NCBI RefSeq assembly: GCF_009834535.1
Contig: NC_045727.1
Location: 11,284,001-11,348,000, forward strand
Reading direction: 5' to 3'
DNA from: Camelus ferus
Lineage: Eukaryota
DNA length: 64,000 nucleotides
Under the pieces are notes generated by a model. That model was not told the origin of the DNA, made no database searches, and saw only the letters and a program-made list of their open reading frames with translations. A program made the translations under genes and the position numbers. How positions within the stretch are numbered: the stretch's first letter is position 1; the number at the start of each line of letters is the position of its first letter. Below are positions 51,141 to 63,200 of the stretch, in pieces.

Positions 51141-51360
51141 TTGTTAAATACTTAAAAAAAAACAAAAACTGCACACTCAGCAAATTTCAAGAACACCATG
51201 CAGTGTTGTTAACTCTGGTCACCAGGCTGTGCATTAGATCTTCATAACTTTTTTGTCGTCGGTATCCAAAACTTTATACCCTTTGACCAACATCTGCCCA
51301 TGTGCCCCTCTCTCCAGCTCCTTGTAACCCATTCTGCTCTCTGCTTCTAAAAGCTCCACC

Positions 51361-51450
51361 TTTTTTTTTTTTTAATGGAGGTACTGGGGATTGAACCCAG
51401 GACCTCGTGCATGCTAAGCAGGTACTCCACCACTGAGCTACACCGTCCCC
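51361..51450 (-). mobile_element. tRNA-Ala-derived SINE
   Basis: Poly-T followed by the reverse complement of the SINE head. Confidence 0.9.
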
Positions 51451-51619
51451 TCTCCCCATCATTTTGAAGATGGAGAAGCAGAGGCCCAGAGGAGGGATGT
51501 AGCAAGCTCAGGAAGTTCGACTGAGGAGCAGCAAGACCAGTGGTCAAATTCTAGGCGTACATTGGGGCGAAGTGAGTGACCACGCAGACCTCAAGCCCTG
51601 AGGATTTGCCGCTTGTTAG

Positions 51620-52200
51620 CAACACGATCTCTGGAGCGTGGGACCAAGAGCACGGACGCCCGAGCCCGACTTTCTGAGCTTGTAATCACTCGGTGCCTCA
51701 ATTTCTTCATCCCTAAAATGGGGACAACGGGAACTTCTGACGCACGCTACATCGGGTTTGAGCCTTGAAGACGTCGTCCTCTGGGAGAAGAGCCGGGGAC
51801 TGGGGCCCCTCTGCGCGCCCCCGCCCACCCCAGGCGGACCTTCCGGGTTCCGCGCGCTGGGCCCAGCCCCCGCCCAGCCCGCAGACCCGCCGCGCACGGG
51901 CGATTGGACCCAAGTGCGAGGCCCGGGCGCCAATGGGGAGAGGCCGGGGGGTGGGCCGCGCCGCCGGTCGTCAGTCCCAGCTCCCGCCTTACTGTGTACG
52001 GTGTCCCTGGCGTCGCGAGGCCGGCCTGCCCCCCACCATGGGCCTGGAGCTGTACCTGGACTTGCTGTCCCAGCCTTGCCGCGCCGTCTACATCTTCGCC
52101 AAGAAGAACAGCATCCCCTTCGAGCTGCGCACCGTGGACCTGCGCAAAGGTGGGCCCGGGCCGGGTTTGGCGGACAGAGAAGTCGGAGAGGGATCCGGGA
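51620..52200 (+). promoter_or_regulatory. GSTT1 CpG-island promoter
   Basis: CpG-rich; ATTGG 51903-51907 and CCAAT 51930-51934; ETS-like TTCCGG; GC boxes. Confidence 0.7.
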
Positions 52201-55200
52201 GGCCAAACACCAGTTAGGGGGACCCTTCCCTGCGCCACCCACTTCCTGGGCCTACCCGGAAAATGTGAGCCACCAGGGAGCTCTGAGATTCAGGGATCCC
52301 CTTCAACTCTGCTGGGTCCCATAAAACGGACAACGGGGCTCAGCTGACAGCAAATAAAGAGGTGCGGAGACATGAGGAAAAGCAAGACCTGGAGAACAGA
52401 GTGGGGTGCACCTGGGTGTAGGGATAGGGGACCCCATGGAAAGAAATGGAGGCAGGAGGAGAGGGGTCCAGGGGGCCGCGAGTGGGGATGCGGCAGAGTG
52501 AGTGCCTCCTTTGTGGCCCCAACTGCTGAGTTTCAGCAACCGCAGGCTAAAACCCTCCTCTCTGCTCAGGCCCCGGCTGCACTGGGTCCCCCGCCCCTGT
52601 CCCACCCCAGTCCCTTCCTCCTCCTCCAGCTTTGCCTTCACTTGCCTTGCCCTCTGCCTCTCTTATTCCTGCTGGGAAGAGGGGCACACCACCAGGGGTG
52701 CTGGGAGCAGGAGGGGGACTGCGGGGCTCCGAGCCCTGTATGCTGAGCAGAAGTGTTTGTTGCTCTAGCAGGTCTCCAAGGCCCCAAGGGCACAGCTGGC
52801 ATGCCAAGGCAGCTGATGGGTGGGGGAAAAGCAGAAACTCCTTGTCGCTGGGAGAGGGGCAAGTAGGAAAACTCAACTTGGCTGAGCCATCCACCCAATG
52901 CTCCCGCTACTGTGGGCCTCGCCAGCCATCATTCCTGTGGACCAGCCTGCCCCTCCGCCTGAATCACCATCTCTTCCCATCCTCCTCTGGGCACTGCCCA
53001 CGTGTTCTGCCCAGGAGTTACCTTGCAGAATGTGGGGTAGGGGAGAGGGCATGGGAACAAAGGGATGTCCCAGCTGGGCTGTCAGATAGAGGGTGCAGTG
53101 GGAGGTGGGGAGGGGAGGGTCCCTGGTGAAAGAACGGTCTGAAGATGGAGGCGAGGGTGTGGTTTAGGTGGAAGATGCAGGCAATAGTGTAGGGCTTTGA
53201 GGTGCTTCTCCCTGATCCTGTGTTACTAGGGAGCCACTGAAGGCTGTTGAGCAGGGCAGCTATGACACGTAAGTGCCCCTCAGAAGCTTCTCTCTGGTTG
53301 CATCTGAAGGAACAGAAAACACTCATATGAGCTCAAAGCAGAGGTCAGGGTCCTCTGGGGACACTGGGCGGCATCTTTCAGGGGCTGTGATGGGACAAGA
53401 ATGCAGAGCCTAAAGATGGGGCCATCTCTCTCCCCATTGCCCAGGGCAGGGTGGGCCAAGGGACACAGTGAGGCAAGGGGAAGTTGATTGCTAGTAAGTA
53501 GACACCAGGAAAAGGTCATCTGTCTGTATTAGGGGACCCTACCTTCCAGTACATAGGGAAAGGGGCACTGGAGGGAGTCAGAGTCCACTCAGGTGGCCAG
53601 CCGCCCCACCCCTGCAGCTGGGGACACCTGCCTGTAAGCTCCTGATGCTGGTGATGGTGGAAAGGCAGTGAGCGGGGGTGCCCTGGCTGGAGCACCTTGG
53701 TCTCTGTTTTATGAGGTGGGGATGCTGTGATGGGGGAGGTGATGCCCCCCAGGACTTGGCAAAGGATGTCAATGTCTATTTTGCACCAGCTGGCAGGGCA
53801 GCCTCCCCTCCCCACCATTAGCCTTTCCCACACCAGAGAGCAGCGGGGGGCTGGGAAGAGCCAGGAAACTGGGGCCTGGGCCTTGCACTGGGCAGGGTGG
53901 GGTGCATGGGCACAGCCACCCCAGGCTCAGTGTTTCCTTCTACTGTCTGCCACGGTGGGCTCTCTGCAGGCCAGCACCTCAGCGATGCCTTTGCCCAGAT
54001 CAGCCCCCTGCAGAAGGTGCCTGTCTTGAAGGATGGGGACTTCACTTTGACTGAGAGGTAACCAGGGCTCTGGGACTGCCACCAGACCTCACTGGAACCA
54101 CCTCATCTGAGCTCTCTGTTTTATAGAAGAGAAACCATAGTCCTCAGAGGTGAAGGGCCCTTTGCCCAGCATCCCAGAGAGTCAGGGTTGGAACCCAGGC
54201 TCCTGCCTGTGTACCAGTTCACAGGGATAGTTGGCAGAGCAAGCTTCTTTTTAACATCTGTACCATTCCTGTGGTGGTGTGCGGGAGGGGGAAGGCAGGG
54301 GTGCAGGGTAAGGCAGCCTCATCCTCCATAGGGCAGCCCTCTGGGCAGACTTGTGCTGAGATGCCCCAGGGGCATCTAGGCTACCCAGTGGCTCTTCTCT
54401 GAGCTGCTGCTTCCCTGGGTGGGCCCCGCTTCCAGTGGTTGGACGCCCAGACACATGGATGTTTTCCAACACAGCAGTCCCAAGAAGTAGAAGTCTCTTT
54501 AGGGGAAAGTCCAGTCTTCACCCAGGTCATCCCCTTCATCACCTAAGTCACCCCTCCCACAACGAGGGGAACCTAGAACTTTAGAACTTGCCCCTGGAAT
54601 GGATGCACCCCCCAAGAGGACTCCTCTGACATTCGAGCAGAGCCATCTTCCTTCCTGCTGCCCCTTACCTGAGCCCAGTGTTGCCCAGCGTTGGCTGCCT
54701 GTGGGGACCCGCCTGGGGCAGCGTGTAATCTGCATCGCTCTGAGTCTTCTCTGCCCCGAGGGAGGTCCTTTGCTCCCAGCAACCTGCAGCTTTCCTCCCA
54801 GGTCGCCCGGGCCAGTGGCAGATAGAGGTTTTCTGTCCTTTTGGCTGAGGGGTCCAGCTCTTGGGGTAACCCAAACTCCTGAAGGCCTTCCTATGGCCCC
54901 AAATTCCCACATTCAGTGTCCTTCCAGGTCCATCCTCCTCCCAACAGCGTGGCAGCCCTCATAACCCAGGACAGGAGGAGAGCCTTTTCTGTCCTGTTGG
55001 TCCAGGATCCTGCAGCACCCCAGTGTTTCCAGCAGGATGCTTTAGGGAGAACAAAGGGATGATAGGAAAGCCACTTTGCACAATCAGGCCATGAGGGGGT
55101 CTGAATGTCGGGCGATGGAAATGGATGCAGGCTGGAAAGAACTGAACTTCCTTAAGGCTCAGCTTTGGTGCCACCTTCTCCAGGAAGCTCTCTCTGGTCC

Positions 55201-58200
55201 TCCCATCAGAATCTATCTCAGAACACTTGGCAGAATACTCTGTCGTGGGATTTTGCCTGGTGATAGGATGAGCTTGGTTATTAGCCTTAGAGAGATCTCA
55301 GCTTTGCCACCAAAGGCAAGTCCCTTCCCTATTCTGAGCCTGGCTTCCTAGTCTGGAAACTGAGCAAGTACCTTGGCATGTGGTCAGGAAGATTAAGGAA
55401 AGGACTTGGTACCGTGCTTGCCCCTACCCATCACATCCTCCCCTCCCCTACAGTGTGGCCATCCTGCTGTATATGACCCGCAAGTATAAGGTCCCTGACC
55501 ACTGGTACCCCCAGGACCTGCAGGCCCGAGCCCGCGTGGATGAGTACCTGGCGTGGCAGCACATGGCCCTGCGGAGAAACTGCCTCCGGGCCCTGTGGCA
55601 TAAGGTGAGTTGCCCCCACCCAGGTGGGAGGGGTGAGGGCGTCACCCCCAAAAGGGCACCATCACATTCTTAAGTTTGAATAGCTTCTATTGGCCTGAAC
55701 TTGACTTCCTCAGTCTTTCTTCTGTTTGCCCAAGCTGCTGTGAAACCCATCTTAGACGTTCTTTATTTGAGAAACGTATTTTTCAGTTCTAGAAATTCCA
55801 TTTGGTTCTTTTTAGCGTTTCCATTTCTCTGCTTCAAATTCACCATCTGTTCGCCATCTAGGGGTAGTGGGGAACAAGGAGTTTATATTCCTTGATGATT
55901 TTAACGAGAAATAAGATTATTTTCTTTCTAGTGTTGTTATGGTGGGAGCAATTGTTTTTTGTGGCCGTTGGTGTCCTAATCAGAGGTGGAACTCCTCGGG
56001 GGAGGGTATAGCTCAGTGGCAGAGCACATCCTGGGTTCAATACCCAGAACCTCCATTAAAAAAAAAGCTATTAAAAACAAAAAAGAAGTGGAATTCCTCA
56101 TTTTTTGGAAAAGTATGTGGCTAATTCTGGTCATGACTTTCATTGTTCTCTTTCCTATAAATTTTTTTAATATAAAAAGAAACATTAAAGAACAAAAGTC
56201 AAAAGACCTCTTTGTTGCCTTTGTTCCCTCCTGAAGCCCCTGGGATCAGGTTCAAGTCCTTCCAGTTCATGGCTTTCTACATTGTTACATTTATGTGTAT
56301 CCGTAAATAAGGTTTTGCTTTGAGTGCTTGAAATTTTATATAAACGCTGTCATACCATTCTGCAACTTGCATTTTCTCGTATTCCTGTGGGTGGATCTAA
56401 TTTATGTTTTTCCAACTACTCTATAGCATTTCCTTATGTGAATAAATCAGAATTTATTTATTACCCTTTGATGGTCTTTTACATTTAAAGAGGAATAGAA
56501 ACACTTTAAAACCATAAGAACTTTGGAACCACCACATCATAACAGAAGGGAAATGTAGACAGTCTGTTGCAGGGGTGAGGCAGATAATATAGACATTATT
56601 TATATTAGAGGTGGGCCAGGTGGGGCTGGGCGGACTGATGACGTTGTACCCCACCCCTCCCACCCCCAAGGAGCAGCTTCTCCCCAGCAGCAGGCTTAGA
56701 TGCTGAGCAGGGAAGCCAGGTAGGAATTCTGGCTCTGTGTGGCCAGCACTTTTATGTTAAAAAAAAGCTGGAAATCTGGACTTTTGTTATGAAATGTCTC
56801 CACTTTTAAATGTCACCAACTGACCCATAGCTTTAAAAACTCTGCAGCCAAAGGAATGTCATTAGCCCAGCACTGGCCTCCAGGCCACGGCTGGACGATC
56901 ACTGACCTTGTCTACCTTGTTTGGGGGAGAAAACTGAAGCCACTAGGGCGTGTGTACAATCCTAGCCCTATTTACCTTTCCAGAGTCTCAGGCTCCCCAG
57001 CCACTGTGTCCCCTGACAGCTCTGTCAGGCCTGAGATTGTTGATGGCTTTGCCCTAAAATGCCCTCCCCCTGGGATCCTGGATGCCACCCTTTCCCGCTC
57101 TCCTCCTTAGTAGCTCATTGGGGCAGAAGACATCAGTTCCATGCTTGGCTTAGTCTTTTCTTGGCTGTGCCATCTCAGGCAACTGATCGTCCCTCTCTGG
57201 GCTTTACTTTTCCCCTTAGATGAACCGTGTACTATTATTCCTATTTCATAGATGAGGACACAGAGGCTCAGAGGGTTTGGGTGTTTTGCTCTCGTTCACG
57301 TAGTTTAGAAGCGACAGAGTTGAGACCTTAAAAGCTTAGCCTCCTGGTTATCTGGTTGAGGTACTGATTTTACATTGTGGGGAAAGCAGTTAAAAAATAG
57401 GTTGTTCCTAAGCCAACCCCGGCTCCTCAAAGTATTAAACTCATTGTTCAGATCTCAGAGGGGCTTGTGTCCTTCTTCAGATGCCCAGGGCTCAGCCAAT
57501 CAGAGACTGTGGAAGCAGGAACAGTTCCAGGATAAGGAGTCCTTTAGGAATTTCCCTGAAGGCCTAGCCAGGCGGTGGAAGAAAGATGCACAGAACCAGG
57601 AAGTGGGGGGGGGGTGTTGGGGGAGGCCTTCCTGCCCCGAGGCTGGGATGGCCCCTAACCCCCTTTTGCCTGCCCGCCCACCAGGTGATGCTCCCTGTTT
57701 TCCTGGGTGAGCCGGTCTCTCCCGAGATGCTGGCGGCCACGCTGGCAGAGTTGGATGTGACCCTGCAGGTGCTTGAGGACAAGTTCCTCCAGGACAAGGC
57801 CTTTCTTGCCGGGCCCCACGTCTCTCTGGCTGACCTGGTAGCCATCACAGAGCTGATGCATGTAAGTACTGTGGGCAGGGGTGCCGCTGAAGTCCTGCTC
57901 ACACTGCCCCACCTGGGTGGGACTGTGCTTATGTGTGGAAACCTTCCCAAACCAGGCAGATGCTGCCATGCTTGGCTTCACCCATCCACCCCTATCCTAT
58001 CCACTCTCTCCCTATAGCCTGTGGGTGCTGGCTGCCAAGTCTTCGAAGGCCGACCCAAGCTGGCTGTGTGGCGCCAGCGTGTGGAGGCAGCAGTTGGGGA
58101 GGTCCTCTTCCAGGAGGCCCATGAAGTCATCCTGAAGGCCAAGCACTCTCAGCCTGCAGACCCCACCATAAAGCAGAAGATGATGTCCAGGGTGCTGGCC

Positions 58201-58212
58201 ATGATCCAGTGA
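52038..58212 (+). CDS. GSTT1: Glutathione S-transferase theta-1 (240 aa)
   Basis: Exons 52038-52149, 53970-54057, 55454-55604, 57685-57861, 58018-58212 (112/88/151/177/195 nt). GSTT1 signatures: [38 protein letters not shown]...VLAMI. Confidence 0.96.
55998..56084 (+). mobile_element. Internally deleted tRNA-Ala-derived SINE in GSTT1 intron 3
   Basis: GAGCACA joined directly to TCCTGGGTTC, so the anticodon arm is missing. Imperfect 15-bp TSD at 55983-55997 and 56085-56099. Confidence 0.85.
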
Positions 58213-58441
58213 GCCTGGAAGCCTTTCTCCTGTTCTACCCTTGGCAGTTCACAAAGCACCTTCATTTCCAATGTCTCATGGGAGGGGGACCTGGAGAGCA
58301 GGAGTGACTTGCCTGAGTCCCACAGCACCTTTGCTCCCTGGGCCACGTCCCCTCCCCACCCCATCTTCACAGCTGCCTGAAAGTCATGATTAGCCCTGAT
58401 CTTGTCTCCTTTAACGACTGCATTTTCTTTTCAGTTTGGGA

Positions 58442-58447
58442 AATAAA
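58442..58447 (+). terminator. GSTT1 polyadenylation signal
   Basis: AATAAA 230 nt after the stop codon, followed by a GU/U-rich stretch. Confidence 0.8.
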
Positions 58448-59579
58448 CCTGGGCTCAGCCTGAGCCTCTGCTTCTAACTCTAATGTGTGATTTATTTGAC
58501 CTCCTTTTGCCCTGGCTGTGGTCTTGGCTTCTATTCAAAAGACAGCCCCCTTTCCTAGGTCCTGTGGGTCAGCTGCCCCTAGCCCCCAACTATGGCTTCC
58601 AAGAGTGAAATGAACAAATGCCTTCTAGTTCTTAGAGAAAGACAGCAGGGGTAGCAGCCATCCACATGTGTTTGCTGCAGGCATACTGATCCAGCCTCCT
58701 AGGACATGGCCCTTTGGCACCAAGGACTGTAAATCATGAGTCCTGAGGAATTGGTCAGACAGGGAAAACCCAAGTAACTCTTGGGATTAGGACTCAATCA
58801 TGCAGGGCCTTAAATGCCACACCTAGGAGCTGCAAACCATAAACAGAAACAGAGTGCTCAGACTGCCTTTTGGAATAATATTCCGGCTGCTGGTGGGGGT
58901 TGGACTGGAGGGTGGCCCGAGAGGGAGCAGGGAGATTAGATATTGCAGTAATCTGGCCAAAAGTGACTGTGGAGGAGGGCAGTCCACTGAAGGGGGTGGA
59001 GAACATGGCCTGCCCAGCCTGCAGAGGGCTTCAGCACTTGGCCAGGAAGGTGCCCTCCTGGGGAGACAGGTCTTCCTCATAGTGGGAGCAGGGGGCCCAG
59101 GGAGGCCAAGCTATTCTCAAGTTTTCCAAAATGGATCCTCTTGCCAAGGGGCTTTCTCTGAATGTTGGGTTTGGGGCCAGGGTCTTTTTACCCAGGAGGC
59201 TCTCTAAGAGAGGGGGCTTGGGGTTGGGAGGATTTGGCCCTGCAGAGGAAGTGCGGGGGCTCCAGGCCCCTCTGCAGACCTCTAGATGGGCCCCATAGGG
59301 CTTCTGCTTTTCTGGAGGGATTAGTTGGGAGCGGAGCGTAAAATAATTTGACCCCGGGGATTGGGGAGGGGCATCCTCCTGGGGTGTGGACACCGCCCAG
59401 ACACCCTCCCCAGCCTCCATCCTGGGCACTGGGCCCAGGGGCTGCTGCTCCTTTCTCCTCCTCCTCCAGTTGTGTTCCCCGGGGTCTCTGAAGTCCGTCC
59501 TCCCTCAGCCCCCTCCCTCACTGGGGGAAAGGGGCTTCGGCCAACTGCCTGCAGCGCAGCCCTTTCAACCCTAAATTCA

Positions 59580-60230
59580 CTGAGGGTCTGCGCTGCAAGC
59601 GCCCTTGACGCCGTCTCCCCGGTACCATCCTCCCGCCCCATTTGACGCAGGTAGGCACTGTGGTCCAGGGAAGGGGAGTGACCTGGCGGCGAGACCCGGG
59701 TCAGAGTCCGTCTCTCGGTGTCCACTCCGCCAAGAAAGAGACTTGACGCGGGGAACCCCGGAGAGGGAAGGCGGGGGAGCAGGGCCGCTGATGATTGGCC
59801 CAAAGTTGTATGACGCAGTCCAATAGGAGGGGAGGGCGTGGCCGGGCTCGGGTCCCTGCGGAGCGCGGCCGCTGGCTGGGTCCCTGGCGGTTCCTGCCCC
59901 CCCGTTCCTGCCCCCGGGCCCGTCCACCGCCCACCGCCCGCCGCCCGCCGCCCTCGCCCTCGCCCTCGCCCTCGCCTCTGCCATGGGCCTGGAGCTCTAC
60001 CTGGACCTGTTGTCCCAGCCCTGCCGTGCCGTCTACATCTTCGCCAAGAAGAACGGCATCCCCTTCGAGCTGCGCACCGTGGACCTGCTAAAAGGTGGGT
60101 CCGGCAGGCAGGCTCGGGGGCTGGGCCCCCGCTTCCACACGGACCCCCGCGCCACACGGTCGGGCGACCTGTGCAGACAGACGGGAAAAGACAGACTCCC
60201 GTCGGAAACCGTGGTATCGCCCATTGGTTG
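59580..60230 (+). promoter_or_regulatory. GSTT3 CpG-island promoter
   Basis: CpG-rich; ATTGG 59794-59798, CCAAT 59820-59824, TGACGCA half-CREs and GC boxes. Confidence 0.7.
59950..59973 (+). repeat. (GCCCTC)4 hexamer repeat just before the GSTT3 start codon
   Basis: Four perfect units ending 9 nt before the ATG at 59983. Confidence 0.9.
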
Positions 60231-63200
60231 TGTATTTTCAGTGTCTCGCCCTTTGCCTAATGAATACTAACCGTTCTTTAATATACAGGTTAAGAGGGAA
60301 CAGAGCAGGCAGAGAGCAGTGGGGGTGTGGATGTGTGGGAAAGTGTAGGGAAGTGGAGGAAGGGACCCGATACCTCCGTACTGGGGCTGGGAGAAAGCAA
60401 TGAAACTGTCTCCTCCTTCCCAGTAGAAGCAGTTCCCCTCTCTTGAGTTTCTGCATCTGACGACAGGAGAAGGCTGTCCACCTGCATCTGGTCTCCTCTT
60501 TACTCCTACCAGTGCCTGCCTAGGTCCCCACCACTTCTACAGAATCCAATGGCGGGGGCAGGGTGCAACCGGACAGCAGGGCAACCTCTGGGTTCAGAGA
60601 CCCTCAGGCAGGCCAGGAGGGAGAGCCCTGCTTGGCTGAGCCTGCCCACCTTCTGCCTTTGGTGCCCCAGCCTGGACCACCAGCTGCTTGGGTGCCACTT
60701 TGCTTTGCCTTTTCAGCCCTCTTTGGGGGTGGGGGCTGGGCAGAGGCAATTTCTTCAGGGAGAATGTGTAGGGGTGACTCAGTTCACCCAGGAGAAGGGC
60801 AAAGAGGCCAGAAGGTGGTCCTATGGCCAGGTTGGAGCCTGGCTCCACTGAGGCCCCTCAATGCCACACATTAATTGGTGTATCCTCCGCACTGGCCCTG
60901 GCTGAGGAGGTATGCAGAAGTGAGTCAGACCCAGGAACCCCCCTGGGGGAGGAGCCTTGAAGGTTTGGCACAGGAAGGAGAGAAGAGCTGACCTGCCTGA
61001 TGCTGAGTGGCTGAGAAGGGAAGGGATTGCTGGTGAGAGTGAGGATTGCGGAGGGCTGGAGCTCAGGGGTGTGGGCGGCTCACCCAGTTGAAGTAGAAAC
61101 ATGAATTTCAGGGGACAAGCCTAGAGCCCAGGGAGGAGGCTGGAGTGTCTGACGTAGGGGTGGAGTTGGGTGGGGCTGGGGGGGTTACAGCTGCAGGAAG
61201 TCACCCTCCCCTCAAGCCCAAGTGGAGATGCTAATTGGCCCAGGTTCCAAAGAGGGTGGACAGAGAAGGGTGGACCTCTGGTGGGCTCAGTGTGTGTGAT
61301 TCAGTGACCAGCAGAGTGGCCTCCTCTTCCCTGATGCCCCACCTGGAGAGAGGCCTCAGAAAGCTGGTGCCTGGACTTTGGGGGTGGGGTAGGAATAGAT
61401 CTGAGAGCTTGGAGTTCTCCCCACCTGCCTCACTGGTCTCTCCCACAGGCCAGCACCACAGCGATGACTTTGCCCAGGTGAATCCCCTGAAGAAGGTGCC
61501 AGCCTTGAAGGATGGGGACTTCACCTTGGCTGAGAGGTAATAGGTCCCTGGGCTGCTGCCTGGCCTTGTAGGGCCAGTAAGCCATCTGTGTGTCCACTGT
61601 TGATGGCTTGGATCATGGCTTGTGTGCCCTGAGCACCCTGAGCACCTGTGCTGGTCCCAGGGTAGAGTGGGTTGAAATGGGCAGAGGTGCCCAGGACTGG
61701 GAGGGGCAGCTGATCTTACTCCTGGTGCTGTCCATGCTCTGGATATTTTGGGGAGTGGTACTGGAGTTGCTTTCATCCTTCAGGACCCAGGTGGGCTCCC
61801 CTTCCTAGTGGAAGCTTTCTCTGAGCATGCCCCTATTTTCTGAAATCCCATGGCATTTTGTTTTTCACTTGGTGCCCTCAGGTCAGATCATGGGATGGCC
61901 CAATGTAGAGATGTGTGATCCTGGGCAATCAGTTGACCTCTCTGAGCCTCACAGTCCTACTCTGTACCATGGAGATGGTGAAATGCTTCACCTACGGGAG
62001 CTGGGGAAAGACACATGAGGGGCAGGGGCCTGCCTCACCCAGGGCCTGGGCCCTGTGGAATGGCTCGAAAGTGACTAGGGCATGTCCCCTGCACCCACCA
62101 CATCCCCCAGTGTGGCCATCCTGCTGTATCTGAGCCGCAAGTATGAGACGCCCGACCACTGGTACCCCCAGGACCTGCAGGCCCGAGCCCGCGTGGACGA
62201 GTACCTGGCATGGCAGCACACGGCCCTGCGAACTAGCTGCACCAGGACCCTGTGGCAGAAGGTGAACCACGGGGGGAGGGGGCGGGGGAGGGAGCCCTCC
62301 CAGGATGCTCGGGGGATGGTGCTTTCTGTCTAAAACATTCCATTCAGACCTGAGACTTCAGAACACCAAATTCTAGAATGCCAGAGACTCCCTAGTCCAA
62401 CTGGCTTGTTTCCTAGAGGGGAAACCAAGGAACAAAGCTGGGAAGTGACTCCCCCAATCTGCCTTGATTCCTGAGCTGCTGGAAATTAATCCCTTTTGCA
62501 CATTCCAGGCTGCCTGGGAATACTGCCTTATGGGGGAGAAAAGAATTGAACCCCCCTTTGCTACACACATACTTTCCAGATGGAGAGGTGTTCAGGAAAA
62601 AAACCTGGAAGAAAAAAATGTTAATCTGACTTCTGGATAGGCAAGAATTTATAACCCTAATAACAGTGGGAGACTTAAAAAAAGACTAATCAACTTTACA
62701 CAGTGAAATTTGTATATGGAAAAAAAAAGAATTAAACTTAAAACAGGTAAAAAACTGGGAAAGATCTTGGCAGTTATGTTAGAAAGAAGTAAAATTATTT
62801 TTTTAAGTTTTTAAATAGATTTTTTTTTCTTTTGGGGGTTAATTAGGTTTATTTATTTATTTGTTTGTCTGTTTATTTAATGGAGGTGCTGGAGATTGAA
62901 CCCAGGACCTAGTGTATGCTAGACAGGCACTCTGCCACTGAGCTATAACCTCCCTGCCAAAGTAACATTCTTAATATTTAAGACGCTCTTAGATACCCAT
63001 CAGATAATGACACAGGAGAAAAATGGGCAAAGGAAAGCGGCAGAGATGTAATTGAAGGACAGAGACAAATGGTCAATAAATGGATGAAAACGCATTTAAC
63101 TCCAGTTAAATCAAGTCAGTGCACATTGAAACAGCATGCAGATACCATTTTCACTTACTAAACTTGCAGATGTTTTTGGAATGTGAACTCTGTGTTATTA

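Noticed and set aside
59321-60157. 278-aa minus-strand ORF (and similar ORFs at 51616-52242)
   Set aside because: Antisense frames across the CpG islands and first exons of GSTT3 and GSTT1.
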